DNA from: Longimicrobiales bacterium
GTDB lineage: Bacteria; Gemmatimonadota; Gemmatimonadetes; Longimicrobiales; Gaopeijiaceae
Direction of reading: 5' to 3'
Assembly (NCBI GenBank): GCA_965198065.1
Contig: CBDAON010000004.1
Location: 2,752,001-2,816,000 of the forward strand
DNA: 64,000 nucleotides
How positions within the stretch are numbered: the stretch's first letter is position 1; every line of letters begins with the position of its first letter. The position numbers were made by a program, and so were the translations under genes. Positions 41,375-52,835 of the stretch are shown piece after piece. The notes under the pieces are model-generated. The model searched no databases, had not been told where the DNA came from, and worked only from the letters and a program-made list of their open reading frames with translations.

Positions 41375-42756
41375 TGGAGCCCGTACTTCTCCAGTCGCCG
41401 ATAGAGCGCGCTCCGCGAGAGCCCGAGGGCCTCCGCGGCGCGGCTCACGTTGCCTTCGTGCCGCTCGAGCGCTTTCCGGATCAGGTGCCGCTCGACCGCC
41501 TCCAGCGTCAGCTCCTCGAGCGACCGGGTCTCGAACTCCCGCGTGTCCCGGTGGAGGTTCAGGTCCAGGGACTGAATGGCGCGCTCACGGGCGAGCAGCA
41601 CGGCCCGCTCCACCGTGTGCTCGAGCTCCCGAACGTTCCCGGGCCACGAGTACTGGACCAGGGAGCGCATGGCCTCGGGGTCGAAGCCGACCAGGTCGCG
41701 ATGGTAACGGGCCGCGTGCGTGCGGAGGAAGCGCTCGGCCAGCACCGGAATGTCCTTCCGTCGCTCGCGGAGTGGGGGGACCCGGACCTCGACGGTGTTC
41801 AGCCGGTAGAGCAGGTCTTCCCGGAAGCCTCCGCGCCGCGCGACCTCGTGGAGGTCCGCGTTCGTGGCCGACACGATGCGAACGTCGGAGTGACGGGTCA
41901 CGCTCGATCCGACGCGCTGGAACTCGCCCGTCTGGAGGACGCGAAGGAGCTTGGCCTGAAGCGACGCCGGCATCGTGCCCACCTCGTCCAGGAAGAGCGT
42001 TCCCCCGTCCGCTACCTCGAAGTAACTGGCACGATCCGACTTCGCGTCCGTGAACGCTCCTTTCACGTGCCCGAATAGCTCGCTCTCGACGATGCCTTCC
42101 GCTAGCCCCCCCGCGTGAACCGGAACCCACGGGCCCGACGCCCGATCCGACCACGAGTGTAGATGGCGTGCGAGCACTTCCTTGCCCGTTCCGTGCTCCC
42201 CCGTGATGAGCACGCTGGCGTTCGAGTGGGCCACTCGCTCGAGGATCGCGACGACTTCCGTCACCGATCGGGACTCCGCCACGAGCGGAGGCGGCCCCCC
42301 CTCCTTGCGGAGTTGCTGGTTTTCGGACTCGAGAGCAGCCGAGTGGCGAAGCATCCTGCCCAGCTCGACCTGGGCCCGGAGGGTGGCGAGGATTCGAGGG
42401 TTCTCCCACGGCTTCTCGACGTAGTCACGAGCGCCGCGGCGCATGGCTTCGACTGCCCCGTCCACGCTCCCCCACGCCGTCATCACGACCACCGGCAGGG
42501 TCGGATAAACCGCTCGGATCCGGGCAAGGAGATCGAGCCCCTCCTCTCCCGAGGTCGTGTCCCGCGCGTAGTTCAGGTCGAGGAGGGCAACGTCGTAGGA
42601 CCGTTCGCTGAGGAGGCGCGCCACCTCCTCGGGCGAGTTCGCGGTGTCCACCTCGTAGGCCTCGGCCTTGAGGAGGAGACGGAGGGCCTTGAGGACGTCC
42701 GGCTGATCGTCCGCGATGAGGACGCGGGGGGGCTCGTCGACGAGATCGTGGCTTAC
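41371..42756 (-). CDS. sigma54-dependent response regulator (NtrC-like); start codon uncertain or lost
   Basis: VLIADDQPD receiver sequence in frame upstream of GTG 42651; GEHGTGKE, GAFTDA, HTH; no in-frame ATG/GTG before the receiver. Confidence 0.85.
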   Translation of the reverse strand, partial: VSHDLVDEPPRVLIADDQPDVLKALRLLLKAEAYEVDTANSPEEVARLLSERSYDVALLDLNYARDTTSGEEGLDLLARIRAVYPTLPVVVMTAWGSVDGAVEAMRRGARDYVEKPWENPRILATLRAQVELGRMLRHSAALESENQQLRKEGGPPPLVAESRSVTEVVAILERVAHSNASVLITGEHGTGKEVLARHLHSWSDRASGPWVPVHAGGLAEGIVESELFGHVKGAFTDAKSDRASYFEVADGGTLFLDEVGTMPASLQAKLLRVLQTGEFQRVGSSVTRHSDVRIVSATNADLHEVARRGGFREDLLYRLNTVEVRVPPLRERRKDIPVLAERFLRTHAARYHRDLVGFDPEAMRSLVQYSWPGNVRELEHTVERAVLLARERAIQSLDLNLHRDTREFETRSLEELTLEAVERHLIRKALERHEGNVSRAAEALGLSRSALYRRLEKYGLQ

Positions 42757-42774
42757 CCCGTCAAACTGGCGCGC

Positions 42775-44183
42775 TCAGCGGAGTTCGGCGAGCCATAGCA
42801 CGACGCCCGTCGCACGCTCGATCTGGGCGATCGCGCGGAGGGGAGCGTGGCGGGCCGCGGCCTCCTGGCGGGCCGCGTCCGCGTAGAGGTGCTCCGCGTT
42901 CAGGAGCTCGGCCAGCGGCGCGAGGCCGAGCCGGTAGCGCTCTTCCGCCTGCGCCAGCTGCCTCTCCGCGAGCGAGATGCTGACGCCAATCCGGCCCAAG
43001 AGAACCCTGGCCCTCTCGAGTCGATCTAGCCCGGCGACGAGCTCCTGCTCGAGCTCCGCCCGGGCCGCCTCGCGCTCCGCGTCGGCTGCCACCTCGGTCG
43101 CCTCGGCCCGGAGACGCTCCCCGAGCACTCCGCCCGGCTGCTGGAGGGCCGACCACGAGAGCGTGAGCCGGAGCGAGCTCCCCGAGTTCCGGGGATCGAA
43201 AGTGAAGGCGTCGCGCGATCCGCCGTATTCGGATCGTCCCCAGCCATAGCCGAGCGAGACGGACGGGAGGAGGCTCAGTCGGAGCCCCCGAGCGTCCCAG
43301 CGGGCAAGCCGCTCGTTCGGCTTCTACCTGCTCGAGCACGGGGCTTCCCTCGAGCGCGCGAGCCCGGAGGGCATCGTAGTCTTCGGGGATGTCGAGCGGC
43401 GGCGGCTCGAGGAGCGTGACGCCGGGGTCGGGAGGGAGCCCGACGACCTCTAAGAGCGTCATGCGCGCCACCCTCGCGGCTCCCTCCGCCTCGAGCAGGG
43501 CGAGCTCAGCGTCGCTCAGGGCGAGCTGCGCCTGGAGGAGCTCCACCTCGGGCGCGGCCCCGATGTCGAAGCGCGCCTGAGCCGTGCGCTCGAGCTCGGT
43601 GGCCCGTACCACCTCGTGCCGCTGGACGTCGGTGAGCGCCTCTGCCTCCAGGGCATCCAGGTAGGCCACGACGACATCTGCCGTGACCTGGACCCGGGCC
43701 GCGCCGAGCCCCGACTCGGCGGCGCGGTCGCGTGCGCGGGACGCCCCGAGCGCGGCTACCGGCTGCCCTCCGTCGAAGAGGGTCCAGGTCGCGCCCACCG
43801 TGAGCTGGGTCCCGTACGTCTGGCGCCGATCCACGAGCGAATCGGGAAGCTCCACGATGCCCCCGGTGATCGGATCGGTCGCCGTGCGCTGAAAGGCTCG
43901 GGTGCCATTGAGCTCGGTCGACACCGAGACCGAGGGAAGGAGCCGCCCGAGGCTGTCCCACCTGCCCCCGTGCGCCTGGAGCCGGGCCGCCTGGGCCTGC
44001 CTGAGCGCCGGGCTCGCCTGGAGGGCCAGCGTCAGCGCCTCCTCCAGGGAGAGCGTGTCGGAGGCCTGGGCCACCGCGCGCGGAACCTGCGCGGCGACGG
44101 GCGCTGCGGGCCCGAGCCCGCTCGCCCAGGGAACCGCGAGGAGGGCGGCGAGGACTGCTCTTCCGGCATCAACACCCAGTCAT
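42775..44183 (-). pseudogene. TolC family outer-membrane efflux protein, disrupted
   Basis: LSLEEALTLAL..SP, LLPSVSV; stop at codon 5 after ATG 44183; frameshift near 43310. Confidence 0.75.
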
Positions 44184-44318
44184 AGTCTGCCGATGTCCGT
44201 AGGGATCTAGTAAGTGCTATAAACAGTTATATCCTAAACGGTTATGACTGTTCTACAGCGCCCTGAGCCACCCGTAGCGTCCCTTGATATCCGCTTGCAT
44301 CCCCTATATTATTGGGGG

Positions 44319-45057
44319 ATGAATAGTGTCAAGCACTCGGCCAACCCGCCGCGAAAAACCAAGCCCAAGGGCCGCCATCCCGACAAGGCGTTGTCGGCCG
44401 CCTTCGTGCGCACGGCCCCGCCCGGCAGACATTGCGACGGCAATGGCTTGTACCTCTACGTGCAGCCTACGGGAACGCGGAGTTGGATTCAGCGGCTCGC
44501 GATCCGGGGCCGCAATCGCGAGCTCGGACTGGGCAGCGTGGCGCTGATTTCGCTGGCCGAGGCCCGCGAGCAGGCGCTGGCCAACCGCAAGCTCGCGCGC
44601 TCGGGCGGCGACCCGCTCGCCGAGAAACGCCGCACGCAGGGCGTGCCAAGCTTCGCGGAATCCGCCGTGAGGGTGATGGAACAGAAGCGGGCCGGTTGGC
44701 GCAGTCCGGGTCATAGCCGCGAGTGGATTTCGAGCCTCAGGCGCTACGCCTTCCCGCGCATCGGCGAGATGGCGGTCTCGGAGGTGACGAGCGCCGACGT
44801 GCTGGAGATCCTCACACCCATCTGGCACGTGAAGGCGCCCACGGCCCGGCACGTGCACCAGCGTATCCGCACGGTGCTGGAATGGGCCGTGGCGATGGAG
44901 TTCAGGACCGACAACCCATGCGACCGAATCGGGCCGATCCTCGGAGCGCAGAACGACGTGGTGACACACATGCGGGCCTTGCCGCATCGCGACGTGGCGT
45001 CGGCGATCGAGACGGTGTGGGGGTCGGGGGCGCAGCCGGTCGTCAAGCTCGCGTTTG
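44319..45057 (+). pseudogene. P4-type tyrosine integrase (arm-binding and core-binding domains only), fused in frame to Ig-like repeats
   Basis: DGNGLYLYV, ELGLGS..SLAEAR, GDPLAE; the catalytic R-H-R-Y domain is absent. Confidence 0.85.
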
Positions 45058-45075
45058 ACGAGACGACGCCGGCGG

Positions 45076-45720
45076 CGGAGCTGACGGCGGAGTTCCGGGA
45101 CATGCCGGAGACGCACGACGGGGAGAGCGCGTTCACGTTCCGGGTGGCGTTCAGCGAGGACATCGGGATCAGCTTCCGCGCGCTGCGCGAGGACGCGTTC
45201 ACGGTGACCGGCGGGCGCGTCACGGGCGGAGGGCGCGTGGATGACAGACGGGACCTGTTCGAGATGACGGTCGAGCCCGACGGCGACGGCGCCGTGACGA
45301 TCGAGCTGGCGGCGGGCCGCGAGTGCGCGACGTCCGGTGCGATCTGCACCAAGGGCGAGAACCGGCGGCAGTTGACCAACAGCCCGTCGGTGACGGTGGC
45401 GGGTCCGGCGGGCGGCTCGGGGCCGCCGGAGCTGACGGCGTCGTTCGAGGGCATGCCGGCCAAACACCGTGGCGAGGGCGGGTTCCACTTTCGCGTGGCG
45501 TTCAGCGAGGACATCGGGATCAGTTTCCGGGCGCTGCGCGAGGATGCGTTCACGGTGACCGGCGGGCGGGTCACGGGCGGCTCGCGCGTGGACGGCCGGC
45601 GCGACCTGTTCAAGATGACGGTGAGGCCGGACTCGGACGGGGACGTGACGATCACGCTTCCGGCGGGGCGCGAGTGCGCGACGTCCGGTGCGATCTGCAC
45701 GAAGGGGGAGAACCGGCGGC
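45076..45720 (+). repeat. Two ~110-aa Ig-like repeats from a surface protein
   Basis: ELTAxF..FRVAFSEDIGISFRALREDAFTVTGGRVTG..CATSGAICTKGENRR occurs twice. Confidence 0.8.
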
Positions 45721-45838
45721 GGCGGCCGCGGCGTTGTGGGGGGACGGAGATCCCGGCAAGGACCGGCTCGACGCCCTCGACAGTTTGGGCAACGAGAACG
45801 GAAGGTATGACCTCGGCGACATGCTCGCCTGGGCCGCC

Positions 45839-45941
45839 CGCTGCCGCGGGGGCGAAGCATCCGGGCCAGCCGCCGGCTCCGGACCGCCCTCCCCTCCCCC
45901 CGCGCTGCCGCGGGGGCGAAGCATCCGGGCCAGCCGCCGGC
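45839..45941 (+). repeat. 39-bp perfect direct repeat
   Basis: CGCTGCCGCGGGGGCGAAGCATCCGGGCCAGCCGCCGGC at 45839 and 45903. Confidence 0.9.
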
Positions 45942-46006
45942 GAAAGGGCGCGCGCGGTCCTGCCCGCCACCGCCGAACGGTTCCCGACCCACCCGCCACC
46001 GGTTCC

Positions 46007-46453
46007 GTGACCCGGCGGTCCGGGTGGTTGCGGACGGCGCTGCTGGCCTCGGTAATCTCGGTCTGGGGCTGCGGGGACGGCATCGTCGACCCGCGGAATG
46101 ACGCACCCCGGTATGACGTAGCCAACGCGTCGGTCGTGGATCCCGGCCCCCTGCACGTTCGGTTGACGGCCCCGCCGCAGGCTCGCGACATCGGAGCCAT
46201 GCTCGTCGTCGAGGGTCCGGCCATCGACTCGCTTCAGGCGCCGGGTCTGGAGATGTTCGAGACGGACGAATCGTCCTCGACACGACGTGAGGTCGTCATC
46301 GCCGGAGCGCTGCCGCCAGACGGGCCCGTGCTGCGGGTCTGGGTGCCCCACCGGGGCGACCACGCCCGGTACCGCGTGAGGCTGCTGCAGGTGGCGGCCG
46401 AGGACTTCGCGCTCAGGGACCTGAGCGTGTACGGGAGCGTGATCTCCCGCTGA
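46007..46453 (+). CDS. Lipoprotein-like C-terminal module of the cargo surface protein
   Basis: LLASVISVWGC followed by a globular beta-rich region. Confidence 0.5.
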   Translation: MTRRSGWLRTALLASVISVWGCGDGIVDPRNDAPRYDVANASVVDPGPLHVRLTAPPQARDIGAMLVVEGPAIDSLQAPGLEMFETDESSSTRREVVIAGALPPDGPVLRVWVPHRGDHARYRVRLLQVAAEDFALRDLSVYGSVISR

Positions 46454-46656
46454 GCGCCGGGCGCGGCGCCCGCCTTCGAGGCGTGGGGCCGCGCCCGCTC
46501 AATGCGGCGAGATCAAGATCCAGGGTGACCCTCCCCGCGACCCGCCGGCCCTCGACTCACTTGGAAGCACCCTCCGAGGCGGCATCTGGCCGTGCTCGGC
46601 CAGCCTCGGCCGTGGATGAGCGGGTCCTCGTGGGCCGGATCTCGACCCCAACTGCC

Positions 46657-46923
46657 ATGGAGACGCTGACGAGGCACTTCGAATCGCGAGTGGGTGCATC
46701 CCTCGAGCGCACGGGCGTGAAGACGTCGACGTTCGACCTGCGGGCGGTGGGCTATCTCAACCCGGTGCGTCAGCTCCGTCCTGGCCGATCCCCGAGACTG
46801 GCGATGGCCTGTCAGGTCCCCGTGTTCATCGAAGCCTGCCGCCGGGCCCATGTGGCCCCTGTTCCCTCCCGGGGCAACGCGCCCCGGAATTCTTCACCGA
46901 ACAGAACGGAGGCAGACCGATGA
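46657..46923 (+). CDS. Small phage-type HTH-like protein (possibly degenerate)
   Basis: Translationally coupled to alpA; GRSPRL motif. Confidence 0.4.
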   Translation: METLTRHFESRVGASLERTGVKTSTFDLRAVGYLNPVRQLRPGRSPRLAMACQVPVFIEACRRAHVAPVPSRGNAPRNSSPNRTEADR

Positions 46924-47147
46924 CGAGAGCAATGGAACAGAGCATGGACGCGCCCGCGCGCGTCCTGAGGTTACCGCGAGTGCAGACCCGCACGGGGCTG
47001 GCGCGGAGCACGATCTACGTGCGGGTGGCCGACGGGAGCTTTCCCCAACCGATCCGGTTAGGCGCGCGCGCCGTCGGCTGGATCGAGTCCGAAGTGGATG
47101 CGTGGATCCGAGAACAGATCGCCGCGAGCCGCAGCAGTGCCGAGTGA
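46920..47147 (+). CDS. alpA: AlpA family regulator/excisionase
   Basis: LRLPRVQTRTGLARSTIY..FPQPIRLGARAVGWIESEV. Confidence 0.92.
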   Translation: MTRAMEQSMDAPARVLRLPRVQTRTGLARSTIYVRVADGSFPQPIRLGARAVGWIESEVDAWIREQIAASRSSAE

Positions 47148-47386
47148 TCTGAGACGATAACTATCTGAATCGTTCGCAATCAGAGAGGACAGGGGCCATC
47201 GACAAACTGCCCTCCCGCAAGGTTCGCTCCTTCGCCGCCTCCGGGAACCTCCGCTACGGTCCACTGGATTCCCGTTCAGAAAGAGGGGTGTAATAAGGGG
47301 ATCGGAGTGGGTTAGGTAGTCTTAAGTATATTATCGATAATAAGTTATAACGGATTCGGCGTGGACCCGGCCGATCGGGCAGCGAG

Positions 47387-48095
47387 TCACGTCGCCTCCG
47401 CCGCGCCGACGGTCCGACTCTCCAGTGCCCGGTCCCCGACGATACACCCGTCCAGGAGTTCCAAGATGCGCCGTCCGTAGCTCGCGTTCTCGTCCGAGTG
47501 GGTGACCTGGACGATCGTGACGCCCTCCCGATTCAGGTCGCCCAAAAGCTCCATGACCATGGTGCCCTGCCGGGAATGGAGGCTTCCGGTGGGCTCGTCC
47601 GCGAGGATCACCCGCGGCTCCGAGATCACGGCCCTGGCCACGGCGACTAGTTGCTGCTGGCCCCCGGAGAGCTGGGGCGGAAAGAGGGCCTTCTTCGCCA
47701 CGATGCCGAAGCGGTCCAAGGCGTCGGCCACGCGAGCCTGGCGCTCACTTCGCGGGACGTCCCGGTAGCTCAGCGGTAGTTCCAAGTTCTCCGCCACCGT
47801 GAGGTCGTCCAGCAGGTGGTACTGCTGGAACACGAACCCTACCGTGCGGGCCCCGAGTGCGCTCCGATCCTTGGGCTTGAGCTGGTCCACGCGGTGGCCC
47901 GAGAGCGTGTACCGCCCCGTCCACTCGCCGTCCAGAAGCCCTAGAATGGTTCAGGAGCGTGGTATTCCCGGCTCCGGAGGGTCCCATGACGCTCAGGAAC
48001 TCCCCCTCGCTCACCTCGAGGTCGATGTCCCGGAGGATGTCCAGCTCGCCGGCCTTGGAGCGAACGGTCTTCCGAACGGCCTCGAGCCGGATCAT
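47387..48095 (-). pseudogene. ABC ATP-binding protein (MacB/LolD-like), frameshifted
   Basis: Walker A GPSGAGNT (K lost) in one frame; LSGGQ and ADEPTG in another. Confidence 0.8.
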
Positions 48096-48208
48096 GCGGC
48101 CTCCCCGGACCCCGCCAGGAGCCGTGCCCGGAGCGCGATGGCCGTGAATTCCGGACGCCGGGGCCGGCCGCGGAAGGCGAAGCGGAGATCCTGGAGGAAG
48201 GAGATCAT
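48092..48208 (-). pseudogene. 38-codon remnant of an ABC (MacB/ADOP-type) permease
   Basis: MISFLQDLRFAFRGRPRRPEFTAIAL resembles the N-terminus of such permeases. Confidence 0.6.
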
Positions 48209-48212
48209 CGCG

Positions 48213-48974
48213 TCATCCCTGCACCTCGAATCCGTGCCCTGAGAGCTCCGCCGCCACCGCGGCCCGCTGGGGACCCGAGATGTCCTCGACGATGCGCCCG
48301 TCGAAGAGGTGGACGGAGCGCTCCGAATGTTCCTCGTAGCGCGGGTCGTGGGTCACCATGCAGATGGTGGCGCCGCCGTCGTGGAGCTCCTTCAGGAGGT
48401 CCATGACCGCGGCGCCGTTCGCCGAGTCGAGGTTTCCGGTCGGCTCGTCCGCGAGAAGGACGGACGGCTCCCCGGCGATCGCGCGAGCAACCGCGACCCT
48501 CTGCTGCTGGCCGCCCGAGAGCTGCGCGGGATAGTGGCGGTTGCGGTGGGACATCTGGACTCGCTCGAGGGCTTCGTCCACGCGCTGCCTCCGCTCCGAC
48601 CCCGACATCCCCCGGTACGTGAGCGGAAGCTCGACGTTCTCATGGACCGTCAGATCCCCGATCAGGTTGAATGCTTGGAAGATGAACCCGATCTCCCGGT
48701 TCCGGATGACGGCTTGCTGCCCTCGCGTGAGCTTCGCGACGGGGCTGTCCTTCAGCAGATACTCCCCTGCGGACGGGGTGTCGAGGAGACCTAGGATCGA
48801 GAGAAGGGTCGTCTTCCCGCACCCGGAGGGCCCCGCGATGGAGAGGAACTCCCCCGCGTGCACCTTCAGGTGAATGCCTGCGAGGGCATGGGTCTCCACG
48901 TCCTCCGTGTAGAAGACCTTGCTCACGTCCGTGAGCTGGATCAGGGACTCGTGGGCCGAACCGGGCTCGACCAT
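48213..48974 (-). CDS. ABC ATP-binding protein
   Basis: GPSGCGKT, LSGGQQQ, ADEPTG. Confidence 0.92.
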   Translation of the reverse strand: MVEPGSAHESLIQLTDVSKVFYTEDVETHALAGIHLKVHAGEFLSIAGPSGCGKTTLLSILGLLDTPSAGEYLLKDSPVAKLTRGQQAVIRNREIGFIFQAFNLIGDLTVHENVELPLTYRGMSGSERRQRVDEALERVQMSHRNRHYPAQLSGGQQQRVAVARAIAGEPSVLLADEPTGNLDSANGAAVMDLLKELHDGGATICMVTHDPRYEEHSERSVHLFDGRIVEDISGPQRAAVAAELSGHGFEVQG

Positions 48975-49022
48975 GGGGTTTCCTCTCCTCTCATGCCCTC
49001 GGTCGCTCGAGGGGTGCGGGGC

Positions 49023-50081
49023 TCAGCGGATCCTTACGCGATCTACGTCAGACCAACGGGACATATCGGACACGATGATGCGGTCGCCGGCCACGAGGCC
49101 GTCCACGACCTCGATCGTATTCAGGGAGGCCCGTCCGAACCGGGCGGGCACCGCCGTGGCGGTCTCCCCGTCGGGCGCGAGCCTCCAGACTCGGGACTGG
49201 CTCTCCGGTTGGACGTATCCGGGGCGTGCGACGTGTAAGACGTTCTCCAGCCGGTCCACCTCGATCGTCCCGTCCACGCTCAGATCCGGGCGCGCGCCCG
49301 TGGGGAGCGCCCCCTCGATCAAGACCTCGACGGCCACCGCTCCGGCTTGCACCGACGGCTCTATCCGAATCACCCGCCCCTCCGAAACTCCGACTCGCAT
49401 GTCGATCACGGCCCCCTGACCTACGACAACGTCACGTACCTGGGTTTCAGGAACGCGAAGGAGGGCGTTCAGCCGGCCCGGCTCGACGACCCGGGTGAGC
49501 GTCGTCCCGGGCATCACCCATTGGCCGATCTGGAGGGCGAGTTCCTGGACCACTCCAGTGGAGCCTGCCCGCACCCGCATCGACTCGAAGCGCTCCTCCT
49601 GGAACTCGACGATGGACCTGAGACGCTCGGCCTGGCTCTCCTGCACCTGGAGGCGAGCGTCGATCGAGCCGTCGAGCACCTCTAGCTGCTCCTCGGCTAC
49701 CCGTAGCCGCTCAGCGGTCTCGGCGGCCTGGTCTTCCGCGAGGGCAAGGTCCATGCGCGCGATCAGGTTCCTCGACGCCAGCTCCCGGCTCGCCTCAGCC
49801 TGACGCTCGGCCTCGCGCCACGCGACACGAGCGGCCGCAACCGCGCCCTCCTGGGCGAGCCGCTGGGTGTTCAGGCTGGACTGGAGGTTCGCGAGCTCGG
49901 CCTCCGCCTGGGCGAGTTGGCGGTAGGCGTCCAGGCGCTGAAGCTCGACGTCCGGGTTCGCGAGCTCAATCAGGACCGTCTCCGGCTTTACCTGGTCTCC
50001 CGGCTGGACGTGGATGGCCTCCACGCGCCCGCCCGCCACGGCCGCGATAAAGCGGACGCGCTCGGGGATGAGCGTTCCGGG
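49023..50081 (-). pseudogene. HlyD/efflux periplasmic adaptor subunit, 5' end removed at the IS256
   Basis: Lipoyl-like GGRVEAIHVQPGDQV and coiled coil; the frame runs into the IS end. Confidence 0.8.
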
Positions 50082-51516
50082 GAGTGAGTCCCATCTTTAG
50101 TTGAAATTGAAGCGGCCTCCAACCTCAGGTAACGTGGGTGTGCGACCACACCACGGGATCACAAGAGAGGAAGGAGGGCCACCGATGGGAAGGATGCCAA
50201 GGCTCGTCGAGCGGGGGCAAGAAGGACCGGCGGCTCGGGGAACCGAGGGAGGTGAGTTGGGAGGAGATCGAGGCGCTGGAGCTGGACCCTCGGGTGGAGC
50301 TGATCCGGCAGCTGATTCCGCTGGGACTGGCGGAGGTGGGCCGGATGCTCGAGGAGGAAGTGGAGCAACTGGCGGGGCAACGTCACGCCAGGAAGACCGA
50401 GGACGATCGACATTGCCGGCATGGGCATAACCCAGGGTCGGTGCGGTTGGGCGGCCAGCGGCATCCGGTGCGAGTACCGCGGGTGCGAGGCCCGGCCGGA
50501 GAGTCGAGGCTGGCGGCGTATGAGCAGCTGCATGGCTCGCCCGGCGAGATGGACGAGGGGCTGTTTCGGAAGGTGCTGCTCGGGATCTCGTGCCGGGACT
50601 ACGAGGCAGCGGTCGAGGCGGTGCCTGGAGCCATCGGGCTGTCGAAGTCGACGGTCTCGCGGGAGTTCAAGAAGGCCACGGCCGCGAAGCTGAAGGAGTT
50701 TCAGGAGCGGGACCTCTCGGGTTACGACGTGGGGTGGCACTCGTCCTGGACGGCAAGAGCTTTGCCGAGGACGAGATGGTCGTCGCGCTCGGGGTGACGA
50801 CCAAGGGGGACAAGGTCTTCCTCGGGTTCGTCCAGACCGACACGGAGAACGCCGTGGTGATCCGATCCTTCCTTCGGAGTCTGAAGGACCGAGGTCTCGA
50901 CCTGTCGGCCGGAGCGCTCGTGGTGATCGATGGAGCCCGCGGTCTCCGGAGCGGCGTCCTGGCGGTCTTCAAGGGACAGGTGCTCATCCAGCGGTGCCAG
51001 TGGCACAAGCGGAAGAACGTGATCTCGTATCTGCCGAGAGCGGAGCAGAAGGGCTGGCGCCAGCGTCTGCAGCGCGCCTACCAGCGGCCCACGTACGAAG
51101 AGGCCGTCAAGGACCTCAAGGCCCTGCGCCAGGAGCTCGCGGGGGTGAACCAGTCCGCGGCGGCCAGTCTCGATGAGGGGTTCGAGGAGACCCTCACCCT
51201 CCACCGGTTGGGAGTCTTCCCCCTGGTCGGCCAGTCGCTCAAGACCACCAACGTGCTCGAGTCCGTGAACGCCCTGGCCGAGCAGAGGTGCGGACGCGTG
51301 GACCACTGGAAGAACTCGAGCCAGAAGCACCGATGGCTCGCGACCACGCTCCTGGAGATCTAGTCACGGCTCCGGAGGTTGCTCGGGTACCGACACCTCC
51401 CGCTCCTCAGGGCCGCGATCCAGAAGGACCTCGGGATCACCCTTCCCGAGAGCCGTTCACATGCTGTCGCCTGAGACGGAGGCCGCTCCAGTTTCAACTA
51501 ACTTTGGGATTGACTC
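50082..51516 (+). mobile_element. IS256-family element, copy 1 (defective transposase, no TSD)
   Basis: ~39-bp imperfect IRs GAGTGAGTCCC../..GGGATTGACTC; VLDG, VIDG, QRCQWHK, TTNVLES. Confidence 0.9.
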
Positions 51517-51701
51517 CCACAGAAACCTAGAGGGGTACAGTCCAGCTAGCAGGCTTGGTTTTCGTATCTGGCTGTGGCAAACCGCCGACTGAGTAGAGCA
51601 CGCCGCAAACGAAGCTCAGGTGAGCTCCTGATGGCCCAAAGGGTCGGCAGCGACAGCTGAGCTGGTGTGAGGGGCGTATTCCCCGGTTCTTGGGAGTTCG
51701 G

Positions 51702-51892
51702 ACTGTGCCGTAATTGTGCCGTAACTCTGGGGTACTGAGGTGTACGGATGGCACAAGAGCAGGGAGGGAACTCTAAGAACGTGGCCCGATCGTGCCGTTT
51801 AATACCTTTAGTTGCACGATAAGCAACCGCGGGATAAGGACTTAAAATCCCCCGGGGGCAACCCCTTCTGGGTTCGAATCCCAGCCCCGGCA
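51702..51892 (+). repeat. att site 1: TGTGCCGTAA arm repeats plus 3' part of tRNA-Leu(TAA) (51838-51892)
   Basis: GGACTTAAAATCC anticodon arm, long variable arm, GGTTCGAATCC T-arm; 5' half absent. Confidence 0.85.
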
Positions 51893-52060
51893 CTCCAATA
51901 ACCACAAGCCGAAGAACGCCTCGCTCCAAGTGGCGAACCTGACTCAGGGGGAGGAGTCCAGATACGCTTGCTAGGTAGCTCCGACGGTTGCCGCATTCGG
52001 TCATCGCGGGTACTACGGATCGCGCGCAACTTGATCCGTTGGTCACGCCGAGGGTAACGA

Positions 52061-52789
52061 GTGACTTCCCTTGTGGTTGGCGCGACTGGTGCGACCGGTC
52101 GGCTGCTCGTGCAGCAACTCCTCGAACGGGGTGAACACGTCAAGGCCATCGTCAGGACACGGGGGAGGCTACCAGAAGAGGTACTGAGGAGCGACGGGCT
52201 GGAAGTGACCCAGGCGAGTCTCTTAGACCTCAGCGACCGTGAGCTGGCTGACCACGTGCGAGGGTGTCAGGCGGTGGCCTCCTGTCTGGGCCACAACATG
52301 AGCTTCAAGGGCATCTATGGGCAGCCCCGTCGACTCGTCACCGACGCGACACGCCGCCTGTGCGATGCGATCAAGCCCCTCCGGCCCGCGACGCCAACGC
52401 GGTTCGTACTGATGAACACTGCTGGCAACAGCAACCGTGACCTGGACGAGCCGATTTCTTTCGCCCAGAAGTGTCAGATCGCCCTCCTACGCCTGTTGCT
52501 GCCACCCCACGTGGATAACGAACAGGCGGCAGACTACTTGCGGGTCGAAATCGGCCAGCAGGCTTTGGCTATCGAATGGGCAGCAGTCCGTCCCGACACG
52601 CTTGTCGACATGGATGAGGTGACGCCTTACGACGTGCATCCGTCACCCACCCGAAGCGCGATCTTTAACGCCGGGGAGACGAGTCGGATCAACGTGGCCC
52701 ACTTCATGGCCGAGCTCATCACTGATGATGAGACGTGGTCAAGCTGGAGTGGAAGGATGCCTGTGATCTACAACGTGGGCGCCTCGTGA
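52061..52789 (+). CDS. NAD(P)-binding atypical SDR
   Basis: VGATGATG, AVRP. Confidence 0.85.
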   Translation: MTSLVVGATGATGRLLVQQLLERGEHVKAIVRTRGRLPEEVLRSDGLEVTQASLLDLSDRELADHVRGCQAVASCLGHNMSFKGIYGQPRRLVTDATRRLCDAIKPLRPATPTRFVLMNTAGNSNRDLDEPISFAQKCQIALLRLLLPPHVDNEQAADYLRVEIGQQALAIEWAAVRPDTLVDMDEVTPYDVHPSPTRSAIFNAGETSRINVAHFMAELITDDETWSSWSGRMPVIYNVGAS

Positions 52790-52835
52790 TCCGTTAGAAG
52801 GCCGTTGCCATCGATGCCACGCAGGGAGGTAGCAG

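Larger units (their letters stand above)
44195..47375 (+). mobile_element. Collapsed P4-like integrative element (int - cargo remnant - HTH - alpA)
   Basis: AT-rich TAAGT..GTTA ends at ~44211 and ~47323; GCCGAT repeat at 44189-44194 and 47370-47375; integrase and AlpA at the ends. Confidence 0.65.

Noticed and set aside
51838..51897. Functional tRNA-Leu genes (also 55146 and 61210)
   Set aside because: 5' acceptor strand and D-arm are missing; these are att fragments
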